Counted from the first letter of the whole stretch, positions 1 through 12,155 are shown. The stretch: 63,234 nucleotides of DNA, filler included, from Sphacelaria rigidula (GCA_964200075.2; 9 parts of 9 records of this genome joined end to end with filler, not necessarily neighbours in it); one strand, 5' to 3'. The notes: generated by a model not told the origin, from the sequence alone. Made by a program: numbers and translations.

Positions 1-2180
1 GAGTGTGTGCACTGGGGTCCCTAGCAGTACACTCCATACATAGCCACCTGGCTATACCCCACCCTTTTTCCTTTTGGGCCAATTTTGTACTGAGGTTTTC
101 TCTCCTTGGGGCCAATTTTTATCAGAGGTTTTCTCTCCTCTTTTTTTTCTTCGAAGAAAGTGCGTCCGAGTCTCTTAAACCGTGGTGTTCGGAAGACGGC
201 AGATGCACTAGCAAGTGTACTACGCGACGGTCTTCTGGTTACGTTTCGGGGGTCCTCGATAGGCACTGAGGGAACTGTCGCGGTAACACAGCGAACAATT
301 CCTTTGCATAGCGTGCTTTGGTCCAGGCTATCATGTACATCTTGGCCCCTTCCTCTACGATTCGGTACCATTTGAAAACACCTTGGGCAACCTGCGTCCA
401 CGATGTCGCATTTATCCCCAAGTTAGGGCAGTATTCCGTGACACAGTGTCGTCGGCGCCTTGCTGGTCGGCCTGTCTTTGTCTTCCCTCGACCATTACTC
501 CACGCATGGCGATGTTGGAGAGGCGCAATCGTGCATGCGCACGACGCGGCCGGCGTGTAGGAGGATTAGCCTCATTACGGTAGCCTAGAAACACTCGCGT
601 CCAGCTCTTTCAAGGACCTCGTGGTATGAGAGCATGTGGTGGTCGGGAGTGCTGCGGCTTGAGGTATGTTTGTTGAGGCACCTCAGCAGGGATCTCCGGT
701 GGGCCTCCCGTAACACGCCGAAACTGTCGTGCGATCGTCCAGGTCACGCAGCTGGATAACGTTATGATCTCGACCACTTCAGCCTTTAGGAGATGATTGT
801 TGGCAATGTGCGTGTTGTCGTATACCGCTCTGCTTTACTTGTAGAAGCACGTCCAGGCCTGGTCAATACGGCTGCGGATCTCAGGAGTGACGTCGCCGAT
901 GCTGCTGACTTTGGCCGCCGAGGTAGACAAAATAATCAACTTGCTTGTACCTTTGGCCCGCCGACTCCACCTCAATCACACCCGTCTTCATGTTTGGGGA
1001 GCGCATGTACACGACGGTCGTCTTTTATTCCGCCACGCGAGGCCGGATGCCAGACAGACTTCGACGTCGGCCGTCATCATCATTTTTTCCAGGCTTTGCT
1101 CAGATGGCGAGGTGAAGCCTGCGTCGTCGGCGTAAAGCATGGCCCAAAGCATTTTGCGAAGTTCGTCCGTGGTTTCCCGCCCCTTTCAGCGATGCGGCTG
1201 AAGTCCTTCGACGCCGTTTCGTTGTTCAAGAAGTGGTCGAACGTCGCCATCAACACCCGCCGTGAAGAAGACGCTGAACAAACCGGGGGAAAGCACACAG
1301 CGGAGGCCCTGGTTGACGTTTAACCACTCAAACGTCTCGCCGCCGTCAAGGAGTCGTGGAACTGGCGGATTATTGAAATCATCTTCGCGGGCATAGCGTA
1401 ATCGTGCTGGGACCTCCCAGAGAAGAGCGCGGTTCACCGAGTCATGCGCATTTTGAAGGTCGATGAAGCATTCCCACAGTGGAAGGCTTTTCTCTCCGCG
1501 TAGTTCTTACAGTCTGCACTCAACGAACATCGTGTCGACTGTCGAGCGGCCGGGTCGGAAGCCACATTGAGCTTCCGAGGGGATCCCCTTCAACTCGCAG
1601 TAGTCGCTGAGGCGAGTCGCAACTATCTTGAAAACCACCTTGCCCGCGTGGGACCCTAGCGAAATACCACGGTAGTGGCCGCATTCGTGCGGGTCCTGAT
1701 TCTTGAAATGCACCTTGATGGTGGTGTCTTTCAACTCCTGTGGCACTACTTCGTGACGCCACACGGTGAGCAGTTGCAGGATAGCTTGCTTGTCCCGCAA
1801 CAACTCGCCAGTTGCGCTCATAAGGAAGGTTGAGCCGCACGCCTTTTTCCCTTCCAGTTCCAAGAACTTGTTGTGTTGGTACAGCCCTGCTTGGTCATTG
1901 TCGCGAGCAAACTCTGCTGTCTGACCGGTGAACTCGCGAATGAAGTTCTGCAAACCAGCGTCCTTCCCCCGATTGGACGCTTTGTCCATAACCTTCAGTG
2001 CCTTTTTCAGGTCAGGGCCTTCCGGGTTGGCGCGTAGTCTCTCCCATACACGTTCCTTGATATTCCACGCCTTTTGGAGGCGATCCTGGGCCTGTGGCGA
2101 CTCACTGAAACCTCTAGATGGGGGGTCCTTCAGGCAGCGAGGAAGTGTAACCGCGGCTGTCTGTCGCAGGGCGTTGGGGA
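1..2180 (-). mobile_element. Degenerate RTE-type non-LTR retrotransposon (LINE): RT and C-terminal region, frameshifted
   Basis: Minus-strand frames give successive RT motifs: [27 protein letters not shown]...[15 protein letters not shown] (1507-1989), NRALLWEV, EWLNVNQGLRCVLSP, QRYKQVDYFVYLGG, LKAEVVE...CVTWT, SWTQVAQ...WYRIVEEGAKMYMIAW (239-421). Many stops and frameshifts. Ends approximate. Confidence 0.9.
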
Positions 2181-2550
2181 AAGTAGATGTATGTCATGTC
2201 GTTCACGTCCAGAACTGCTGTAGAGTTGGTGGCATTCACGAGGGGCGTCGATTATGTTCTAGCAAATAGACTTTCATGATAACCCGAAGGTCAGTATTAT
2301 AAGTATACAACCTTATCGACGCATGCGATATGCAATGTCGTGACATTGGCAGGCGAGGAAGATCATTGCTTACAACACTCTCACTGTCGGAAGGAAAAGG
2401 ATACTCCCAAAAGGAGAAGAAGAGAAAGGACCAGATGACAAGATGTGTTCGATCGTGTCCAGATACCAAGGCTGAAAAAAGCCGAGGCTCCCCTGCCCCC
2501 CCTGCCACTCCACTTTCGCACACGAGACCGAAGGGAAGGTTGCACAGTGG

Positions 2551-2980
2551 CGGGGGTGTACTCATGATCTTGCATGACGTAGTCATAAGACCATTGCCCT
2601 CGCATCCCTTCAAGGCCAGGACGGAGCCGCCGAGTTTTCGCTGGACCAGACTCGCAATCAATCACCAAGCGCGAAGCGTCAAGATATGTTCGGCGAGTCG
2701 CATAAAGGGTGAGCTGTGCCCTGCTAGGATTGTTGGGCCCGAAGCGTACTGATTATCTTGCGTATGGATGACAGCCTCCAATGAGTTGCTTCACTTTCTG
2801 GTATCGCCACTTCCAGAGACAGCCACGGGTTACAATGCACTGCATCATGATTGCCTCACCATATGAACACTGTGTAGTAGTGTGACTATCCCCTTTTCGC
2901 AGAGTTGAGGTTCTCCACCCCGCACAACATGATCTAACTCAACCACCACCATCGTTACCGCGGCAAAACGTCAAGCGAGA
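2551..2980 (-). mobile_element. SINE-like dispersed repeat family A (3' end ...GATCATGAGTACACCC)
   Basis: Homologous over about 430 bp to 35748-36193 and over about 290 bp to 38955-39243. The last ~70 bp match the 3' end of the LINE at 24354-25904. Confidence 0.8.
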
Positions 2981-4419
2981 AAAACACGGTGATCCGGTTG
3001 CCTGGCTTGCGCAGGGAGTGACATGTTATTACAGCGTCATTGCCAACCGACGCCAACCCTCAAAAAAGAAACGGGAAAAATGAGCTCGTTCGATCACCAG
3101 CGCTTGCGTTCACTCGCAACAACAGCACGCGGAAGACGTACACTACGTGGTTCGGTGTGTAGGCCGGGGAGGCACCCTGGACAGGAACGATCACATATCG
3201 CTCACAGTTTCATTTGCTAGCCCCAGCGTGGGTGGCAGCGAGACAGAATCGGGTGTATTAGACAATCTGGGGTCGGGCGAAGATGACAAGATGAGAAGGA
3301 GACACGCGTTCTTCCGCAGGAGGACGGAGAGAACGCCGCCGTATCCGTATGGACAGACAAGTAGAGGAATGGAATGGAAAGTCGAAGCACCTGGAGTAAC
3401 AAAAGGACGTATGCGTCAACTGTATAGAGAGAAAGGCGAGGCGGCATACCTGGCACTCGGGTAGGAAAGGAGGACCCATAGAGCCAGCAGCGACAAAGGG
3501 GAACCTGCTCCCAGCCCTGGCGAGCCGCGGACTGAAGTCCCAGGCATCAATGGTGCACTTTACAATAGGAGACAAAGGGACAAATTTGGTGCCCCAACCA
3601 AGCACCAGCCGGACAGCAGAGAAGCTCAAACACAGGATTTCAGCCCCCATTTCGGTCACACCAGCAAGAGCTGTGTCACCCGCATAAGGTATCTTTTTTC
3701 ACTCCGCATACCAAGGTCTACACGAGTGTTTGATCTCTCATACGTACATCCCCCCTTCTGGGATGTGGCAGACTGTTGTCCTTGTTTTGCAGCCGTCGGG
3801 TGAAATCAAAGACTCCAATAAAACCCCCCAGCTTTCGATTATTAGATCTTGCCGCAAGGGCGCAGCCGTTCTTGCTCGCATGTGTGTGTGAGAGAAAAGT
3901 AGCGGTGACGGGAACACCACCCTGATTTTCGACGACGTGTTCTACTGCGCACAGGGGCAGTTGCTGTCCAAGCAGGGAGGAAAAGAGGAATCAATATTTG
4001 CATTGGTCAGTGTCACAGGCAGGAGACGACAACCGGGGCATCCCGCGATCTTGTTTCTGCGGCTGTGCTACGATAACCCGCCTGCCCACAAATGGCAACC
4101 TGGGTATGTGCTGGTACTATCGCATGATGCCAATCTCTGCAGCGATTGGGAATCGCCGGACGAGGATATGCAAAGGACAACGGCGAGGAGCTTCCTCTCC
4201 GCCGTTGCTCCTCTCTCTGGTGATCTCGTCATCGACACGCGTGTGCGCGGCATTCATTTAGTGCATCTAACCACACCGGTCCGATGTGACTGCAACAGAA
4301 ACTCTGCTTACGAGAAGAATGCTTTCCCATGGTGATACTTCTTGGCGTGAATTCTCGATTTTTCGAAGTCGAGTTGAACCCCATTTTAGTGCCGAACCCC
4401 AAAAATTATAATCAGCTTT

Positions 4420-4472
4420 TCTCTGCTGTTCAAATCCCATATACCATCATATTATGGGATTTGTACAGCAGA
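4420..4472. repeat. Hairpin with 21-bp arms
   Basis: CTCTGCTGTTCAAATCCCATA ... TATGGGATTTGTACAGCAGAG, one mismatch. Confidence 0.75.
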
Positions 4473-4636
4473 GTTGCGAGAACTACTTGAAGTCGACTAG
4501 GAACAAAAATGCGGTGGACCCATCAGATCTAAATTTTTGTGTTCCACCGGACTTTTTCGATCGATGAAAAATGTGCGAAGACATGTCCTAAAGCAAAGCG
4601 AAAAAAAAAACGAAATGGAGAAATGAAGCTCTCAAT

Positions 4637-4846
4637 AGAGGTATCTCAAACTCGGCTCCCGGTATCCTGGTTTGTATTGTTGTATTTTTCAATTGAAAGT
4701 GATGCCGGTTCATCAGGTGATGAGACCCTTTGACCTCCAGGTCAGGTCCTCCGATGAATCGCGATCACGTTCACTTGAAAAAAGAGTACACAACTCAGAG
4801 CCAGCGAATAAACCAGGATACCGGAAACCGAGTTTGAGATACCTCT
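4637..4846. repeat. Inverted repeat pair with 37-bp arms, MITE-like
   Basis: AGAGGTATCTCAAACTCGGCTCCCGGTATCCTGGTTT (4637-4673) is the near-perfect reverse complement of about 4810-4846. Confidence 0.75.
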
Positions 4847-5329
4847 AATAAGCCATAGCGACGAAACAAACACAACTGATGCCGAAGAAATACACATGAA
4901 CGAAGTCCAAAACGAAGAGAAACATGAACCAGCCATCCGCCGTTCTACGCTGGTTCCACTCGCCTCTCCCGAGTAACAGTAGGGCGGTGGGCGGGCGAAA
5001 TGATTTGAAACAAGTTCGAGAGCCGCCGCACTCTTTTTTGACTGTCCTGCACACGCGAGCTCTCGTTTTTGCCATACTCGGCACTGACGAATGTGGAGTG
5101 CTCTAGCCTTGGAAACTGAATACGACTGAGACAGGTGTGGCTGCGCTTTCTTGTTCTCTCACGATGACCCCTACCATTCTGCTGTGTCGTCATCCGCTAT
5201 AGAATATTGCTCCTATGATGCGTCATTCGCCGACGCAAACCTCAGATTTCTTCGATAGGGAAAATGCTACTCGTACCATTTCGTCCAGATCGAAGCCCAG
5301 CTCTGCACTCTGTCTGCACGCAGGTACGG

Positions 5330-5541
5330 GTGTAATGCGTGAGAGGACCGCGTGCTTAGGGGACCGCGCCATAGTTCAAAACACCCCAGGATCGACGTTT
5401 TTGGAAACCAATCGGGCCAGCCCCTGCAGGAACCACACCCCTGACCGTAGCCCCAACACTAACCCTAACCCTAACCCTAACCACGGGGGTGTTCGAATCC
5501 CGATGCAGTTCTCTAAGCACGCGGTCCTCTCACGCATACAC
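5330..5541. mobile_element. MITE with ~29-bp TIRs and an internal (CCCTAA)n tract
   Basis: TGCGTGAGAGGACCGCGTGCTTAG (5336-5359) and its reverse complement (5513-5536); CTAACCCTAACCCTAACCCTAACC at 5459-5482. Confidence 0.8.
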
Positions 5542-6938
5542 GGGCACAAAGATACGGCGGTTCTGGGAGTGGCCGTCGTCCAATACCTCTGTACTGCTGC
5601 AGACAAGACCAACAAGGCAACGCAACGCCGACACACCGAGCCTCGAAAAAACCCCGCACACTCCCCACCCACGCGCATTAGCTCTAGTGCTAGCTCTTGA
5701 TAATCATCTACGTAACGGAAATCCGTCCGATATTGAATACGAGGCGGCCGCATGCGTGTCAAATATCACTTTTCAACCGAAACGTGCTGTTGTTGTTGCT
5801 GACTGTTTGTTGTGTCGCCTGCTGTGCTTGCGTCTCACCCAAATAATTATTTCTCACTGAACTCTGGAACGATTCGAGCAAGGTCAAGCACAACATGCTC
5901 AGCTTATGAGTAGCTATAAATCGAGCTGAGTATGTTTGTTTTGCGTGGGCAATGCGATCCTCAGGTTCACGTTTTAATGTGTTGAGTTGTCTATCAATCT
6001 TTGGTTTTGCCCCTGTCACCGGGACATTTTATGTTCCCGATCGAGGTGTCACAAAATCAATCTGCACAACAAGCGAGCAGGAAGTGTTTTCACTTCCTGA
6101 TGAAATCACTTTTTTTGCAAAAGATTTTCGGCACTTGATTTGTTTTTTGGGGGGATGAGGGTCGAAGCAACCACCAATCGACAATCGTCGGTCGTTTTTT
6201 ATTTTTTTTATTTTTTTCCAAAAGTGACTTCTTTTAAAATGATCGTCACTTCCGATATGAACCCGCCTGATAGCCCTATAATTGTACCATCGCGATTGGT
6301 CTTGGATACACTCTGTCCCTCTCCTTCCAGCATAAGAACACAGATAGATGATGAATCCATTACAAATACGTAGCCGGTATGCACCACAACATGAAAAACG
6401 GAAGTTGTGCCAGCGGACGCAACGCGCAAGAATAGATTCCCATCCAGAACGACACAAACACAGAAAAGTCGCCCGTAGCTCGTCGCACGTTGTATACCGA
6501 CTGTACGTCGTGTACTTACTGCCTGTTGGCGGTCGAGTGCGATTTTGCAATGGGTCTCATCGGATAAGAATCAGTATGAATTAGATGAGAATAATTTCGG
6601 AGATCCACTGAGGAACACGGAGATTGTCGATCAACCGATCAGGTAGAGCAAAGCTCGTCACACGCGACCGCGGTGTCTACAAAACTGGTAAAGCCTTTAA
6701 ACTCAAGCCGAGTGCGTTGTTGCAGGGCGCTGCTCTCGGGCGAGTCTAACCCCTCCCCGGGCCCTATCGCGCGTGCTGGGCCGGAACATATAACAGTCGT
6801 ACATGACTTTGAGTCCGTCACTTTATCGAAGCCTCTTTTCAAAGAAAGCGCGACGTCAAACGTGAGACCCATCTCACGACAGCACTGTTGTGTGTTGTGT
6901 GTTGTCGTCCCATTTATTCTGGGCACCAGTCTACACCT

Positions 6939-7038
6939 NNNNNNNNNNNNNNNNNNNNNNNNNNNNNNNNNNNNNNNNNNNNTTAATTAATTAANNNNNN
7001 NNNNNNNNNNNNNNNNNNNNNNNNNNNNNNNNNNNNNN
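6939..7038. other. Artificial contig spacer N44-TTAATTAATTAA-N44
   Basis: Identical linker with stops in all six frames, recurring every 7,037 bp. Confidence 0.98.
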
Positions 7039-7120
<82 letters not shown>

Positions 7121-7204
7121 AAAAAAAAAAAAAAAAACATTGAAACGATGGGGGAAAAAAGAAAGAAAAGAAAAGAAAAGAAAAAGAAAAAGAAAAAGAA
7201 AAAT
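7039..7204. repeat. A-rich low-complexity tract at contig start
   Basis: Long poly(A) and (GAAAA)n runs; lies on the 3' side of the minus-strand LINE. Confidence 0.9.
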
Positions 7205-8730
7205 AAGGGCCTAAAGGATTCGTGGCAGCAGAGTACATACAGACACACACCAATGGGCACCGCGGAGCCACCGACTAAGGGCATAATCAACAACCGATAT
7301 GAGAGGACAGGTTTTTCCGATTGGCAGCCCTCGACGTAGCAGCCTCTCGCTTGTGACGTCGGTCTGATTCTCGCTTGTCCGCGCGACGCCACGTGTCCTC
7401 AAACTCTTCCGCTCCCTTTTCTACTCCAACACGCCATTTGCCCAGGTCCTTCGCCGCAGTGACCCAATCGTATGCATCGTTGACCTCTACACCATAGACG
7501 AACCACTTTCGTCGGGCTCATTTGTGCTGGACAGCCCCTAGCGCACGTAGGTTCTCCTTTAGGGTATCCTCCCATTGGTTGGGAGGGCGGCCGACCTCCT
7601 TGGGTCCTCGTGTGGAAAGCCGACCGTTCATGACACGCTTGGGGAGGCGTGTGTCCTTCTGCCGGACAAGGGCTCCCGCGAACCAGAGTTGACGTTTGCG
7701 AATGGTCGTCTCGATACGTTCGCAGTTGGTCATCTCCAGCACCGCTCTGTATGAAAGAATCTTGTAGCCATTTCGATCGTTCCTGCGGAATCCAACCACT
7801 CGCAGCAAAAGCTTGTGATGGGCAGTGCGCAGACTGTCGAAGTCCTCAGAACGTAGCGTCCATGTGGCACAACCATACAACAGAGCTTCCATCACCTCCG
7901 CTTTAAGCAGTCGAACTTTCATAGATAGCTCGGCGTTGGGTCGGTCGTAGAGTTGGGAGCTATATTTTCGGATACGCGCCCACGTCGCGCTGATACGGCG
8001 GTTGATATCGGTGGACATTTTCGCATCCGCGCTGATAGCTCCACCAAGGTAGATGAACTTCCCCGTCTGCTTATACCGTTGACCGGCAGCTCTGATATCC
8101 AGAGTGGCCTCCGTGGAACTGGGTACTGAACATCAGGCCAAATTCCTGGCAGGTCATTACTATCACGGTCATTATTCGAGCAAGGCCTACTGAGGTCTTC
8201 GAGGCTATGCCGGCGTCGTCCGCATAAAGCATTGTCCACACCGCGCGTCGCACCTTTCCAGTGGTGTCTCTTCCACGGGATCACCACCGACACCTTGTGG
8301 CGCATCATCTAGGAAGACCAAGTCTGAGACGATAAGTGGGTCCGCCGCGAACCGTTGGACGATCACTTCCACCACGCCTGCTCCGAAAATGTTGAACAAA
8401 AGCGGAGACGAAACGCAACCTTGTCTGAGTCCCTGGCAGCCGTCGAACCACGCTGATAGTTTGCCATTATCTAGCTGTACTCGAGCTCGCACGCCGTCGT
8501 GAAACATACGGATGATCTTGATAATTTGCAACGGGACTCCGAACCGAGCAAGCAATCCCCACAGGAGCGTGCGGTCTACAGAGTCGTAGGCTTCTGGAGT
8601 CGGCGTACTACGAACATCATGTCTATGGTCGATCTTTGGCGCCTAAATCCACACTGCTCTTCCGGGAAAACATCTGTTTCCTCACAAAAATCACCAAGCC
8701 TGTTGGCTACGATTGTGAGGAGAACGGTAG
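7205..8730 (-). mobile_element. Degenerate RTE-type LINE: RT domain plus C-terminus
   Basis: ORF pieces: EEQCGFRRQRSTIDMMFVVRRLQ (8576-8758), QGLRQGCVSSPLLFNIF (8205-8555), MLYADDAG (8071-8253), LLKAEVMEALLYGCATWT...RKRQLWFAGALVR...RLPKRVM (7518-8018). Frameshifted. Confidence 0.95.
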
Positions 8731-9211
8731 TGATGATATGGATAATGACTGCGGGCACGGGGATTCTGGAGGGTTCTGGATAATGACCGGGGACACGGGG
8801 ATGGTACCTGCAGGTCTAGAATGTGGGTGCCTTGGAACGGCACTCCTGATAATATGATATGTCGTCAAGGCTGACAACTGAAACTGAGACCAATGAGACT
8901 GGGGAGTGCCTCAATAGCAGCGATTCACCAGTACTTCTTCAGGCTGGCGTCACAGTACGTGTCAAAAGCAATCGAAAACGCGCCCTTGCTGACCGTGTTG
9001 TAAGCGTGTACTGTGCGCGCGTCTCACACAAATCATCATTTGTCAATGAATTCTAAACAGATTCGATCAAAGTCACGCACAACGTGTACCGCTGATGAGC
9101 AGCTACGGTTCGAGCTGTGTGGTTTTGGTTTCCGGGGCCACCAAGTTCCTCAGGCTCAGCTCTGATTGTGTTGGGTAGTGTGGTAAGCCTTTGGATGTGC
9201 CCCTACCAACG

Positions 9212-10047
9212 GGACATGTATGTTCCCCTTCGAGGTGCAACGAAATCCCCTCTTCAGAGGGGATTTCTGTTCGCACGTGAAGGGGATTTTTTCCGGCGGG
9301 GTCAAGGGTCTGTCAAAAATATATTTCGGGACACGTAGGTCCCAATATCGAAAATTTGAGTTTTTGAGGGGAGGGGAGGGGAAGGGGGGGACAATCAGCC
9401 CGCTGTCCCCTAGTTTATTGCCGAGGCGTTCGCGGGTGCGGTCAGCTGCCGTGTACAGAGATCCTTGGCATGAAGACCGCTGAGATTATGGATACACCGC
9501 CCCTCCAAGCTCATCACCTACCATGAACACATTTTCGGGATCAAGTTCCGTGTCGTGTGCCTCGACTACCCACCACTAGTAGTCCGGACAAATTTGGCGA
9601 GGCGTGACATAATGTTGCTACTTTGGCTATAGGCTGTCGCTACCGTGCGCTCGTGTGTTGCGCATAGATGTGTGTGAGTGTTGCCGGCATCCGAGTCATC
9701 GGGACAGGGCGGGCAAGGAGTAGAAGCAAATCTCGCAGAGCCCGCCAGAATTTTCGGGTTTTGTCTGTGTTTGTTGATCAGTTTCTTTCAACAACTTTGA
9801 CAACAACAAAAAACACAAAAAATGTCGAAAACCATGACAATTTTCGAAAAACCGTCCTCCGGGAGGGGGGGAGGGGGGGCTCCGTGTCCAAAACATTTAT
9901 TTCGACAAACCCTTGGCGGGGTGGTAACGCAGCGACTAATCAGCGATCTTTTTTCGAAAAGGGGATTTTGAAAAAGGGGATCATTCCCTTCGTTAAGAAG
10001 GACCCTAAGACCCCGTTTCGAGTGCACGAAAGGGGCTACATATGTCT
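9212..10047. mobile_element. Putative non-autonomous element with imperfect TIRs, carrying one unit of the contig-5 satellite
   Basis: Left end GGACATGTATGTTCCCCTTCG is imperfectly inverted at 10024-10047 and also resembles 6021-6058. 9545-9850 is homologous to 33025-33320. Internal hairpin at about 9225-9285. Confidence 0.5.
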
Positions 10048-10050
10048 AAT

Positions 10051-10330
10051 AATGTTTTCGTGAGATTGAGAGTTGATTGAGAGTGGATTTGATCATTCGC
10101 TTTAACTTGACCAATTTCTCATCATGTGTGTTCTTCTCTTTGCCTGTAACGTGTGCTTACAGCTACACATCGATATCCTTCTCAGCGATATCAAGGGCTT
10201 CAGTGGGAAGAAACTGCAGAAAGCATGTCGGGCCTCATGGTGCGGCATTTCGGAACTGAAAATTTTCATTCCGTAGTTGACCGCTTTTCACTCTCAATCG
10301 TATCCTCTTCTCTGAGTATCACGAAAACGC
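10051..10330 (-). mobile_element. ~280-bp MITE family B (TIR GTTTTCGTGAGATTGAGA)
   Basis: Reverse complement of the copies at 33731-34023 and 34206-34499; same orientation as 47690-47984. Confidence 0.85.
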
Positions 10331-10530
10331 TTTTGTCTTCAGACACTGGACCAATAATGCGCGGCAAGGCAAGCTAGGGGGAGTTTCAACAAACGAATAG
10401 AATCCTGAGTTGGTTGTTTTTTCAAAACTATTCCAGGGAAAATTTGAATTTTCGGAAGGCGGGTTCAGCCTCGTTTGGAAATTCAACCTTATTTCCAGGA
10501 TCCTCTGTTAAATACAGATATCACTTCTTC

Positions 10531-11752
10531 AGGCCGCTCCTTATAACAGAAGAAAATAAAAATCTGGGAAAGTGCTTTTTTGGAGCTTTTACATCGTTTT
10601 ACGCCCGCAAAGAGAACTGGGCGGAGTTTGACACCTTGAAATGACTTGCTCTACTAGTTGAGGCGGTTCCAGGACATCTTGTGATATAGAGAGGGGTATA
10701 GACAGGTTCCACACCTCCCTAGCTATGATCAATGTGCTGCAAGCTTGAGTAGGTGCGCAAACGCACTAGGTGTCCGAGTAAAACAAGCTGCGAATGCAGA
10801 CGTGCAGATTCACGTGACTGTTGGTCACAGTAGCAACAAACAAAAGGAGCTCAAAGGCTCGACGCCAGTGTGATATAGAGAGGGGTATAGACAGGTTCCA
10901 CACCTTCCTAGTTATGATCAATGTGCTGCAAGCTTGAGTAGGTGCGCAAACGCACTACGTAGGTGTCCGAGTAAAACAAGCTGCAAATGAACACGTGCAG
11001 ATGCACGTGACTGTTGGTCACAGTAGCAACAAACAAAAGGAGCTCAAAGGCTTGATATCTTTTTTTAACTCTCACTGATTATTCCCTTGATCGCCCAGCA
11101 CACTGTTCTCACCAATGGTAAACAGTAGGAGCAGATGGTCCGGCTCGAAGGGTAGCTCAAGAGTGAGCGAGGATGCATGAAGCACGGTAGAGCAACCTAT
11201 TTTTGAACTCGGCCCGGGAAGGCGTTTCGCCTCCCCGGGACTAGGGCATACCAATATGTACACTAATCTTCCCGAGCTAGGGTAGACCAGTCTGTACACA
11301 AATCTTCCCAGAGCTATGGGAGCATTCCCCGTGGACAGATCGGATGATCTGAAAGCCAACCTGCCCCAAAGTTGTCTGTGGGAACAAAAAACGCCTCTCT
11401 ATCTTCCTTCCTCATGACAATCTTCCCGTTTTCCAGTGGCCGCAGTTTTATTTTGGCCAAACAAGAACTTTTGTCCAAGAATGGTAAAAAACAGTCAAGT
11501 CCAGAGAAAAGTGGCGTTTTTGCTTAGACTTGACTGTTTTTCACCATTCTTGGACAAAAGTTCTTGTTTGGCCGACATAAAAACTGCGGCCACCGGAAAA
11601 CAGGAAGATGTCCTGGAACCGCCTCAACAAGTAGAGTAAGTCATTCCAAGGTGTCAAACTCCGCCCAGCTCTCTGTTGCGGCGTAAAACGACGTAAAAGC
11701 TGAAAAAGGCACTTTCCCAGTTTTTATTTTTGTCTGTTAAAAGGAGCGGCCT
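10531..11752. mobile_element. Long foldback palindrome (~235-bp arms) interrupted by a solo LTR
   Basis: 10531-10679 is inverted at about 11606-11752, and about 11420-11502 at about 11527-11610. Removing 10680-11419 and one TSD copy restores a continuous hairpin. Confidence 0.85.
10680..11419. mobile_element. Solo LTR (740 bp) with internal ~190-bp tandem duplication
   Basis: TGTGAT...ATGACA termini; 4-bp TSD ATCT at 10676-10679 and 11420-11423; 10680-10862 is repeated at about 10869-11055. Confidence 0.8.
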
Positions 11753-11801
11753 CAAACCAGCCATATTTTTTGGGGTGGGGGGAAATCGCGGCATCACTCC
11801 G

Positions 11802-12155
11802 GTCGCCCCGGTGGCTCAGTTGGTAACCTCGAAACCTTCAGACGGTTGGGTCGTGGGTTCAATTCTCGGCGCGATCTGGGAGTTTTTCTCACACCATGCC
11901 CAACAGCGGAGAGCGACTATGTCGTGGATTCACAAAATCCGACTTAATGGTCGAGGAGGGAGAAACTGCTGAACCCCCCTCGCGATAAAAATTAAAGGCA
12001 AGCACCACAGAAGAAAGGTGGGGTACTAAAAATAAATAATAGAGAAAAAGCTCCTGTGTTGAACTTTCTCATGTGTGACCCCGGCTGGTGCGCTCACACA
12101 TACCGAAAGGTGTAGACCAGCGTCCAGAATAGATGGACGACAACACACACACACA
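11802..12155 (+). mobile_element. Full-length tRNA-derived SINE (family C)
   Basis: Pol III A box TGGCTCAGTTGG (11812-11823), B box GGTTCAATTC (11856-11865), (CA)n tail, flanking direct repeat CACTCCG (11795-11801 and 12156-12162). Other copies at 27767-28049, 48796-48883 and 6886-6938. Confidence 0.9.

Noticed and set aside
5459..5482. True telomere
   Set aside because: Only about 4 units, internal to a TIR element and mid-contig.
6983..6994. TTAATTAATTAA as a biological site (piggyBac TTAA or PacI)
   Set aside because: It is a synthetic six-frame stop linker inside N padding.
9092..9120. Hammerhead ribozyme core CTGATGAG plus stem (also near 41970)
   Set aside because: No correctly placed GAAA after stem II and no stems I/III could be formed.
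11805..11875. Functional tRNA, including tRNA-Sec (CTTCAGA loop)
   Set aside because: Acceptor and anticodon stems pair poorly, there is no long variable arm, and it is fused to a SINE body with a TSD.
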